This document shows, piece after piece, positions 22,054 through 32,419 of a stretch of DNA of 57,504 nt. The stretch is from Saprolegnia diclina VS20 (lineage: Eukaryota): contig NW_008246170.1 in assembly GCF_000281045.1 (NCBI RefSeq), positions 91,221 through 148,724 on the forward strand, given 5' to 3'. The position numbers were made by a program, and so were the translations under genes. A model generated the notes under the pieces. That model was not told the DNA's origin. It did no database searches and saw nothing but the letters and a program-made list of their open reading frames with translations. Within the stretch, counting starts at the first letter, position 1; each line of letters begins with the position of its first letter.

Positions 22054-24298
22054 ATGTCCCTCACGACGACGTGCGCCAACAAGACGGCGCCCGCCTGCGT
22101 CGTCTACGGCCCTGGCAACGAGACCGACCTAAGCCTCGACAGCCGCGGCGGCCTCTACGTCGACGCACCGGTGACGTCGATCGAGTCTCTCCCGCCGTCC
22201 GCGACAGCTCTGTACGTCCGGGGCTTTGGCTTTGGCTCACGCTCTGTAGCACGATCTCGTCTAGCACACTCGTATCCATCAACCCGACGCTGGGCAGTAC
22301 CCTGGGCGCTGCCTCGCAGCTCGCTTCGATGTACCTTGCATGGCCTCTGCCATGAAGTCGCCTCATCTTCTACGACGTCCTCTAGCTCTCTCCGCTTTAA
22401 CCTCCTTGGCGAGTCGCTCAACGCAGTCCAGTGGCCGCAGTCCCTCGTCAAGCTGTACGAGGCCTTCGCCGATCATGGCACTGACAAAGACTAGGGATCT
22501 CACGGGCAACAAGCTGCATCAAATCAACGCGTCCTTTTCGATTCCCGCCAAGCTCCGAACTCTGTAAGTCTTCCTCCAAGCATCGCCAAGTGATACATTC
22601 TGTGGTAGAGCGCTCAGCTCCAACCAAATCACGAGCATCGACGGCCTCGTCATTCCGTCGTCGCTCCAGAGCCTGTAGGAATGATCCTCGCTTGGACATG
22701 AAGTAAGCGTCATGTGTCGTAGGAGCCTTTACGTCAACACGATCGACACGTTCAACATCAACGCCGCATCGTTCGCTGCGCTCTCGCGCGTGCAGCTCTT
22801 CACCGATCGAGCGATTCGCGCGCTCGAGTGCAAGGGCACGCGCCAGACGTTCCAAGGCGCCATTGACGCCGAGGTCAACGGCGGCCGACCACTTCTGCAC
22901 ACTGCTTGCGTCCTCGGTAAAAACGTGTCCATGCAACGAGGTGCATGAACGATACAACCTAGATGTTGGTGCAGCGGCGACAACTGTGCCCGGTACGATG
23001 CTAACCCTACCCCTTGCGCTCACGATGTTGTAGTAGGTCCCGGTACAGCCGATGCCTCGAGTACCGGTCGGTGCAAGTGCTATCCACTCTGCCTCACGCA
23101 ACTGTAGACTCTGGAGCGTCGACGGGTCTCTACGCTGGCCTTGGCATCGGTGCTGCGGTTCTCATCCTTCTCGTCATCGGTGGGCTGCTGCGCCTCCGCC
23201 ACCGCCGCCGCTCCAACACCCAGTACCTCGACCACTCGACGCCGTCGGCCGAGATATCGCGCAAGCCAAACGCCGCCACCGCGTCCTACGACGAGACGCC
23301 CGTCGTCGTCAGCGACTTTGCGTTTGCCTACAGCTACGACATTCGGTCGGACCCAGAGCTGAACGGGTACCGGATTCCCAAGCGCGAGCTGGCGCAAAAG
23401 CAGATTTGTGGCAACGGCGGCTTTGCGATCGTGTACAGAGCGCTCTTCCAAGACCAAGTCGTCGCCGTCAAGGAGCTCCAGGCCGTCCACACGCGCCACG
23501 CGACCCACGTCCAGGCCTTCATGCACGAGATCCAGCTGTTCTCGACGCTGCACCACGACAACATTGTCCGNNNNNNNNNNNNNNNNNNNNNNNNNNNNNN
23601 NNNNNNNNNNNNNNNNNNNNNNNNNNNNNNNNNNNNNNNNNNNNNNNNNNNNNNNNNNNNNNNNNNNNNNNNNNNNNNNNNNNNNNNNNNNNNNNNNNNN
23701 NNNNNNNNNNNNNNNNNNNNNNNNNNNNNNNNNNNNNNNNNNNNNNNNNNNNNNNNNNNNNNNNNNNNNNNNNNNNNNNNNNNNNNNNNNNNNNNNNNNN
23801 NNNNNNNNNNNNNNNNNNNNNNNNNNNNNNNNNNNNNNNNNNNNNNNNNNNNNNNNNNNNNNNNNNNNNNNNNNNNNNNNNNNNNNNNNNNNNNNNNNNN
23901 NNNNNNNNNNNNNNNNNNNNNNNNNNNNNNNNNNNNNNNNNNNNNNNNNNNNNNNNNNNNNNNNNNNNNNNNNNNNNNNNNNNNNNNNNNNNNNNNNNNN
24001 NNNNNNNNNNNNNNNNNNNNNNNNNNNNNNNNNNNNNNNNTACTCGTTCGGCGTCGTCCTCTCGGAGCTCGACACGTGGCAAGTGCCATACGCCACCGCA
24101 TCCTCTTCGCAGCCCATGTCGGCGGTGCAGATGGCGCTGCTCGTCTCAACCGGGAAGCTCACGCCGACCTTCCGCGACGACTGCCCGTCAGACATCTTGG
24201 CGCTGGCCAAGGCATGTCTGGCCATGGACCCTGACGATCGACCGACGGCGGCGCACGTGGCCTACGCGCTGCGCAAGCTTATCCGTGCAACAGAGTAG
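22054..24298 (+). CDS. LRR receptor kinase copy 3 (kinase domain interrupted by an assembly gap)
   Basis: Exons 22054-22211, 22250-22330, 22386-22454, 22495-22563, 22609-22674 and further; TM LGIGAAVLILLVIGGLL; kinase near-identical to copy 2. Confidence 0.87.
23571..24040. other. Assembly gap (470 N) inside the kinase domain of LRR-RK copy 3
   Basis: Run of N whose flanks are equivalent to those of the 16039-16488 gap. Confidence 0.99.
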
Positions 24299-24344
24299 AC
24301 CCACTATTCGAGTTGTGAACTATATAACGTTAGAAAGAGCAAAG

Positions 24345-26873
24345 TTAGCACGCGTCTTCCTGCATCGACGCGTAGTGGTCGCCCCCGGCCGTCGTTGCTT
24401 GGCTTGCAGGTTTCACGGGCTTGAACATGCGCTGGGCCTGGGCAAACGTGAACTCCGTCTTGAGGCCGCTGCCCGAGCGCAGTGCGGGCTGGACGTACAT
24501 GCTGTTGTCGCGGTGCTGCTCGGCTGGCGCGCGCACGAACTGGCTGCTCGTGCGCACCGAGTCGATGCGGTAGCAGTCGACGAGCGGAAGGAACGTCGAC
24601 GCGCGCGGGTACAAGGCCCGAACCCGGTGGTCGACCACGTACGTCAAGAGCGGAAGAAACGTCACGACGATCGACGGCGCCATCGCAAACCAGTACGCGT
24701 ACTGCTCGAAGACCGACACGCTCGTCTTGGGTCCGCTGCGCACCTCGACGCGGTTGGTCCACGCGTCCGAGACCTTGACCCACATGAGCGCGATCAGAAT
24801 GAGCTGCGCCATGTACCTACCACCGCCATCAGATCGTAGTTCTCAAGGAGGAAGAGAGTACAGGGCGCGGACGATGCACGTGTACATGGATGGCCAGTAG
24901 ACGCCGGTCGTGAACCGGCCGGGTGCGTAGACGAAGAAGAAGAGCCGGCGGTACACCACGTCCGAGACGAGGAACAAGAGCCCGCCAAAGTACCCGACGA
25001 GCGGCGTCATGGGGCAAAACACGAGCACGAGCAGCAAGACCAGAAAGTACGACGGCAGAATCGTGCTTTGGCTGCACGTCTCGATCGCCGACATGGGCGC
25101 CAGCCACTTCCAGGGCGACCGGCGTTCGCGGGGCGTCACGTGCGGCGCAAAGACGTGGTAGAGGAAGCCGCGCAGGAACGACCCGACGCGGAAGAGCTTG
25201 CAGGGCAGCACGAGGCCCGTGAGGATCGCCATGATCGAAATGTACAAGGACGCTTGCAGCGACAGCGCTTCGCTAAAGATCGTCACAAAGAGGTACGGCG
25301 AGTCGATGAGCACCGGTAAGAGCGAGTTGAGCGAGCCCGAGAGGAGCGCGACGACAAACGTCTGGACAAACTGAAAGGTCACGAGCTTGGAAAAGGTCGA
25401 CGCGTCCACTTCGGTCTGCGAGGCCAAGCCTTCGCGCCGCGAGAGCGCGCCAAACACATATGGCGCGAGGCCGCTGAGGGCCACAAGCCCGAGCGGCGCC
25501 ATCTGCTTGCAAAAGTCGACCAGCCACGGGTGGTCGTGCAACGTCTGGTCCACCGACGTATACTGGTCGCGCCACTGGTCCATCGCCCCGAGCGTCGTCG
25601 CAAGGACCGTCGGGACCGACCAGAGCACGATGATCACCAAGGTGGCGAGCGTCGATGCGAGCTGCCACGAGCTAAGGCTGTTGAGCGTCCGGCCAAGGTT
25701 GTCCCAGAGAATGTCGGCCGGGTCCGGCGCCGGCCGCACGAGCATCTCGGACGGCGTGTCGGTTTGCAGCATTTGCAGCGCGCTCTGCGTTGCCTGAAGG
25801 GTGTTGAACGTCACAAAGGCCGACGGGCGCATGAACGACAGCATGGTTGTGATCGGGATCGGGTCGAACTCTGGCGCCTTGTCGTCGTCGTCCTCGTTCG
25901 AGTCGTGCATGGACGAGACACACAGCGCGTCTTCGAGACTATCCTCGTTCATGACCTCGTGCAGCTTGGCCTGGTAGCCGCGTAGCGTCTCAATCTCTGT
26001 GCGAATACTAATGTTGAGCTTCTCGAGGAGCTGGGAAAAATGGTCGATCGCGTCGACTTGGCCCCGCTTGAAGGACGTCGTGGGTCGATGGCCAGTCTGG
26101 ACGGCGGTCACCATTGCACGCTCGAGGTCACCGCGGACGCGCTCGCGCTTGGCAACCTGCGCTTCGAGCTCCCGACACTCCATCGCCATGTGCACCGAGT
26201 CCACCATGGTCGGGAAGAGCTTGTGGAGGTACTTGGTGAGCGCCTCGTGCGTGCGCAGCTGCGGCGGAAGGTCGTTCATGATGACCGTGTACTGCTGGAG
26301 CCCGTCGCGGCCGAGGAATTCGTGGCGCCGAGACACGTACACCTTGTACTCGGCCACGAGCAATCGAAGCGTGTAGATGGTGATGACGAAGCCGGCAGCG
26401 ACCGGCGCCCAGAGGCGGTTCGGGTCCAAGCTCACGTTCATGTTGGCCATGGCCAGGCGCGCGGCCACGTCCTGCGCGCTCGTCACGTTGAGCGCCTCGC
26501 CGTCGGGTCGGACGGCGGTGGCATAGATGGGCATGAGCCCGAACGAGAGCAGGATCGAGGCGCCGGCAATGTTGCGGCCAAGGCGCAGGAAGCGAAGGTA
26601 GCAGAGCGCGTCGAGGCCGCAGAACTCCATGATCTCGTCGTCTGTCGCGCGCAGCACTGGCGCGATCCAACCGCCAAAGTCATAGACCGTCTCCGCCAGC
26701 GGGCACGAGGCCTTGGGGTCCGTCGCCCGGCAGTTGAAGTAGACGAGCAGGCGCGGCCGCAGCAGCTCAAAGGCCACGAAGCCAAGCACGAGGAGCGACA
26801 AGTAGATCTCGATCGAGAGCAAGATGGCCGCGTCCGGGTCCGTGTCGACGTGGTGGGCGTGGGGGCTGGCCAT
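24345..26873 (-). CDS. OSCA/TMEM63/CSC1 mechano/osmosensitive cation channel, copy 1
   Basis: GLDALCYLRFL, SAFVTF, PAPDPADILWDNL, TGVYWP motifs; many TM helices; one intron near 24815-24860. Confidence 0.9.
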
Positions 26874-28488
26874 GGTTGTGTTCTGTCAAGCAACGTTTGG
26901 CATCCGGACGTTACACACACTCCGTCAGCCAACATCACGAGGTCCGGATAAACCTCCCGAACTGTATTACGAGCGGTATCATATATAAGAGGTTCCTCAA
27001 AAGCTGGGACGAAGCAGGTTGAAGTCGTGCAGCACCATCTCCGCCCAAGTGGATGGGGCGATGGTGTCGGCGTACGTGGCGCTCGCTGCGTCTCGCCCCA
27101 ATAGACCTTGGGCGCCCGAAAAGCGGCGCTCGAGTGGTATTGAACTGGCGGCCTTCTCACACCCCTGGCTCGGGGTGAGGTGAATGTCACCCAAGCCCCA
27201 TATTGCCGTTCGATCAAGGTGTTTTGATGATGGAGAGTCCAAGCAATGGTGGTGGCTGTCAACGGCGCCTCCTGTGTTGCGTGCACGAAGCATGGCACCA
27301 ACACACAGACAAGCAAGGGGCGGTGTCAGGCGACTTTGTGTAGCGGGCGCCATCCAAGCAAGCTGGTGCAGCTTCTGAGTTGCGCGACCAACGCAGGCGT
27401 AATGACGCACGGCGTCGGTTTTAGCTCCCAGTCGAGATGCCCACGCCGCTTCTTTACAATCAACCGCCAATGGTTCCGCTTGGCACAAAAGCGACAGCAG
27501 ATCGGCTACCGCCTCACTTTCTCTGCGGCCGCGCTGCCACGTGTCCTGTTCTTCGTTCGTGCGTTGTCCTTCAAGCGTACCAACACCTGCAACGTGTGGC
27601 TATTCCCAAGAAAATTGGCGACAACCTGCATAGCAATGAATGGGTTTTGGGTTGCCACCACGGGCGTCTCGATCGTTCCGGCGCGCGGATTTGCCCTTGA
27701 ATCGTTCTCACGTCGAAGTTCTCGCATCTGACGCTAGTAGCCGCGAGGTTTTTCCGCGGAAAATGCCACAAATTTCGTCCCATTCACGGGCTCGAACTGG
27801 CGCTGCATGAAAGCGGTCGTCAGCGCCGCAGTCCAAGTCCCGCCATGACCATCCATCCAATACAGCGACGACTGGCGATTGCGGCGGATGACGCTCTTGC
27901 GTAGTTGGCGCCAACTTCGATCCGGTGCTTCTTCGGGGCCTTGGTCGCATACAACGTCTGCTACCTGGGTACGATGCACTTGATACACGCTCGAATCTGC
28001 AAGGCAATGGCTCGTGCTCGGCATCCATGGAAGGGCACCTGTAGCGCGCCTGCATCACGCACCGCCTTCTCGATCTCGCGCTTCTTTCGCCATCTTCTCG
28101 CCACGTGGACTGTTGGCATAGACGCTGCCTCGCATTACACTGCACGTCGGATCCTCCCAACCCGCGAGCGTTGTCGTCGGTCGTGGCAGCCCCATCGACG
28201 AGCGGTAAACACACCAAATTTACACTGTATTTCCACCGTATCTCGTCGCGTTGGGAGTTCATATCGTATAGCGTGGCGAGGCGCAAGGCCGGGGTGCTAC
28301 TGCTGTCGGCGTCTGTGCAGAGGTAGCCAAGCAAGGCCGCCTTGTTTTTGCTGCGGCGACTGCGGCGCGAAGCGGCCACAAAAAAGGCGGCCGACCAAGA
28401 TACTTCGAACTTCGGTTTGCACACCCACGAACTGGCCCGACGCGCCGCCAGCCCATGTGTCATTCTCAATCTCTTCCTCCGCTCCCGC

Positions 28489-29781
28489 ATGGCGACGACG
28501 ACGCTGCTCAAGCTCACGACCAAAGGCCACCATGGCCTGTATACACTCGAGGCCAAGAAGCCGCGGAGCCCGTCGGCGAAAGCGGCGGCGAACCTCGGCG
28601 ACAAGGACGACGCGCTGCGCATTACTGCCGTGGTCGGGCGGTGTGTATCATCGAGACAGAAGGCCCGGCTGGTGCTGCGACCCAAGCCACTGATCATGGC
28701 CCCACCCCACGACGACCATTGCGTTACTCGCCCCCAATCACCCATCTTGGTGCCCTCGACCATGTCGCTCTCGCCACTCCCGCCCAAGCAGCGCCGACCC
28801 TCGACGGCGGATGGTACGAGCACGCGCCACCGACTTGCGCGCTCATGGCTACGCCTTCTTCTAGATGACCTCCAGTGCCAGGACAACAGCCCCGAAGACT
28901 GCCCCGAACTCACCGTGACGCCCAACGAAGCCTACAACCGGCTCCTCAAGCAGTTCGAGGCGTGCACCGCCGCCCTTGCCGACGCGCAGACGCAGCTGAC
29001 GGCCAAAGACGAAACGATCACGGCGCTGCAGACGTCGCAGGCGGCGTCCGAGGCGGCGGTCACGCGCCTCGAAGCCGAGACGCAGCAGCTCCACGCCAAG
29101 TACCAATGCGAGGCCAAACTGCGCATGCAGATCCTTCTCGAGCACTCGAAGCTGCAGCTGCGCTGGCAAGAGGCGCAGGCCAAGGCGATCGAGCTCGACG
29201 CGGTCAAGACGGAGCTTGCGGCGCAGGAGAAGCGCTTCCAGGAGAAGCTCGAGCACGAGAAGCGCGTCGGTCGCATCGAGCTCAAGGCTGCGCACAGCAA
29301 GATCAACTCGCTGCACCAAACCATCCTCGAGATGGAGTACGAGAGCGTCCGGAAGGAGCAGACCAAGCACGACGGCCCAAGCCAGAGCGCGCAGTCGCGC
29401 CACATCCAGCAGGAGCTCATGGGTCTCCAGCGCCAGCGCTGTGTCTCGCAGAGCAAGTGGCTCTTCGAGGGCGACCACGAGCACGACCACGCCGAGTCGC
29501 CACGCCGGGCCAAGGCGGAAGCCAAGCCCAAGAAGCGCGACGAAGTCAACTACCTCTTTGACATTGCCGAGCAGCTGCTCATCTTCTCCAAGGACAGCCA
29601 TCTCAACGCGCTCACGACCCTCGAGGGGTTCGAGGAGGCGCTCGAGAAGAAGAAGGCGACTGGCAGCGACGCCACCACCACCCTGTCGTCCCACGCCGCC
29701 GCCTTTGACCTCGCTGCGTGCGAAGCAATAGCCGACGAGGCCGAAGCGCTTCTCGCGCAGTATTTATTTCAGCTCCCGTAA
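28489..29781 (+). CDS. Coiled-coil hypothetical protein
   Basis: Long E/K/Q/L/A-rich helical region; Inr-like TCATTCTCAAT ~25 bp upstream; possible in-frame intron at ~28814-28864. Confidence 0.7.
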   Translation: MATTTLLKLTTKGHHGLYTLEAKKPRSPSAKAAANLGDKDDALRITAVVGRCVSSRQKARLVLRPKPLIMAPPHDDHCVTRPQSPILVPSTMSLSPLPPKQRRPSTADGTSTRHRLARSWLRLLLDDLQCQDNSPEDCPELTVTPNEAYNRLLKQFEACTAALADAQTQLTAKDETITALQTSQAASEAAVTRLEAETQQLHAKYQCEAKLRMQILLEHSKLQLRWQEAQAKAIELDAVKTELAAQEKRFQEKLEHEKRVGRIELKAAHSKINSLHQTILEMEYESVRKEQTKHDGPSQSAQSRHIQQELMGLQRQRCVSQSKWLFEGDHEHDHAESPRRAKAEAKPKKRDEVNYLFDIAEQLLIFSKDSHLNALTTLEGFEEALEKKKATGSDATTTLSSHAAAFDLAACEAIADEAEALLAQYLFQLP

Positions 29782-29794
29782 CCTAATCCACCAC

Positions 29795-32276
29795 CTACAT
29801 GTTGTCCTCGTCGCGGTTAAACTCGGCGTAGAGGCCGACGAGGCTGCTGCTGTCGGACGCGTGTCCCTCCGCTTGGGATCCGAGCTCGGCGTAGTCGGCC
29901 CGCAGCGGCGCCCGCGCCAGTAGCGCCGGCTGCACATACGTCGTCGGTGGAAACGTCGCGCCCGGCGATCGCAGCACATCGAGGCGGCAGCACTCGAGAA
30001 GCGGGAGGTTCGCTGCCGTGCGCGGGTACAAGGCGGCGACGTGGAAATGGAAGAGCAGTGTGAGCACGGGCAGCACGAGCGCCGCGGTGGCCGGCCCCGG
30101 CGCCTGCTTGAGCGAGAGCACGCCGAGGAGCGTGCATTGCGCTACGACGAGCGCGGTGATGACAAAGCTGTACAAATGCGGCCAGTACGCGCCCGTCGTG
30201 TGCACGTTGGGGTCGTACACGAAGAGCAGTTGGCGCCGGTAGACGACGTCGCTGAGCGCAAAGAAGAGCGCGCCAAAGTAGGCCATGAGCGGCGACATGG
30301 GCGAGAAGGTCAACGTGAGCAGCACAGCTTGGTAGTAGTCGGGCAAGAGCATCGAGTACTGCAGCTCGCCGGGCTCATTGAGCGGGCGAAGGCCGTACCA
30401 TGGCATGGACCGCTCGCGCTTCGTGAGCTGCGGCGCGCAGACCAGGTAGACGCGCGAGAGAAGGTACGGGACGACGCGGAGGAGCTCGAGCGAGAGGCTG
30501 AGGCCGGTCTTGATGATGAGGAAGCTCATGAACGACGAGGCTTGGGCGGGAATGCTGCGTCCGAGGAGGTTGATGATGCTCGATGGACTGTCGAGGATCG
30601 CGCGGATGTTGTCGACGATCGTCAGGAACGAGCCAAAGAAGACCGAGACGAAGAAGATCTGGATGAACTGAAAGTACCCGAGCTTGACAAAGATGGACGC
30701 GTCGACCGACGCCGTGGACGCATGGCCTTCGCGGCGCGAGAGAAGCGAGAAGACGACCGGCGCAATCGCCGTCATGGCCACGAGCCCGAGCGGCGCGAGC
30801 TGCTGGAAGACACTGAGGATCCAGCCGTGCTCGGCGAACGCGTCGTCGAGCGACGGCCAGACCTGCCGGAGGTTCTCAACCTTGGCAAAGGACGCGACGA
30901 CCGCCGTTGGAATCGTCCAGAACACCACGATCGCCGTCGTCAGGAGCACGGACACGTACTGCCACGTACTGCGCACCTTGCGCGAGACGCCAATGTTCTC
31001 CCAGACCACGTCGGCGGGCGCCGGCGCGGCTTCAACGAGCATTGTCGTCGGCGTCTCGGTCTGGAGCAGCTGCTGCGCAATGTGCGCGCTCTGCAGCGAC
31101 GAGAACGTCACGAAGGCCGAGTGCCGCATGATCTTGAGCAGCGACCGCGTCTGCTTACTCGACTGCGACGGCTGCGTCCACTCGGCGTGGTACTCGATCA
31201 AGCTCTCCCGCAGATCATTGTCATGACGCTCGTCTTCCTCGTCTACTGACAGTCAAATGACAAAGCGCTTGGTGGAGGCGTACCGTAGTGGTGGTCCGAG
31301 ACGCACGCCGCGTCATTGAGCGTCTCGTCCGTCATGGCCGCGTGCAAAACGCGCTGCTTGTCCTCGATCGTCTCAATCTCAATCGGAATCACGTCGTTGC
31401 GGCTCTTGAGTTTGCGCTCAAAGTACTCGATCGCGTCGACGGCCGTGCCCCGCGTCTTGACAATGTGCAGTGGCCGGTCGCCGCTCCGCGCGCTCTCTGC
31501 GAGGGCGTGCTCGAGCTTCATGCGAAAGTGGTCGCGGGACGCCACGAGGCCTTCGAGGTGGCCGCACTCGACGGAGAGCACGACGGCTTGCAGCGACGTC
31601 GGGAAGAGATACTTGAGGTACTTGGTCAACGCCTCGCGCGTCCGGAGCGTCCGCGGCAGGTCGTTGATGACCACCGAGTACTGCTGCACATCCAGCTTGC
31701 TCAAGAAGGCGTGGCGCCGGCGGACAAACGCCTTGTACTCGGCCAAGAGCAAGTGCATCGTGTAGAGAGAGAGCACGTACATGCTCAGGAGCGACGCCCT
31801 ACGCCATCGATCGGTACAAGCCAAGAAGAACGGAGCTAGTACCAGAGACGCGGGTCGCCGGGTCTCAGACCCGTGATGCCTTCGCGGTCGAGGAGGTCCA
31901 GAGTCGACGATGTCCAGTCGGCGGTGGCGTAGACGGGAAGCAGCACGATTGAGAGGAGGATCCCGCACGTCGCGAGCTTGCGCCCGAGCCGCAGAAAGCG
32001 CAGCAGCACGAGCGCGTCAAGGCCGCAGAGCTCGACGATCGCGTCGTCCGAGACCTTGGCCACCGGCACGACCCACTCGAGAAACCCAAACGACTCGCTC
32101 GCCAGCGACGTTGCCAAATGGCCGGCGCGCCGGCGGCAGGCAAATGCGACTGGGTGCCGGCGCCGGAGCAGCTCCAAGGCGCCGACGCTGACGACAAGAA
32201 TCGGCAGGTAGATCTTCATGCTCGTGACAATCGCGCGGCTCGGCGACGTCGCCTCGTCACCGCTGCCCGACGACAT
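29795..32276 (-). CDS. OSCA/TMEM63/CSC1 channel, copy 2 (2 introns)
   Basis: CGLDALVLLRFL, QQYSVVINDLP, SAFVTF, APAPADVVWENI, TTGAYWP. Confidence 0.9.
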
Positions 32277-32419
32277 GCGGCCTTTCCGAAACCGTATCCC
32301 CTACCCCTTGCCCGCATATCCACAAGACAAGTTTCAATGTATCAGTTTGAAAAAACACTTGATGTACACGGGTTAGCTACGAGAGCGCGGGAGTCGTGGC
32401 AAGCTTGGTCAGGCTACAG

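Noticed and set aside
17904..22057. Spacers between PEAMT and LRR-RK are the same length (238 bp) on both arms
   Set aside because: The sequences are otherwise diverged and the shared CCAATCAC is offset by 14 bp, so the equal register is probably coincidental.
26900..28480. Several 70-280 aa ORFs in the spacer between OSCA copy 1 and the coiled-coil gene
   Set aside because: Weak codon bias and no recognisable motifs; a decayed gene cannot be excluded but is unsupported.
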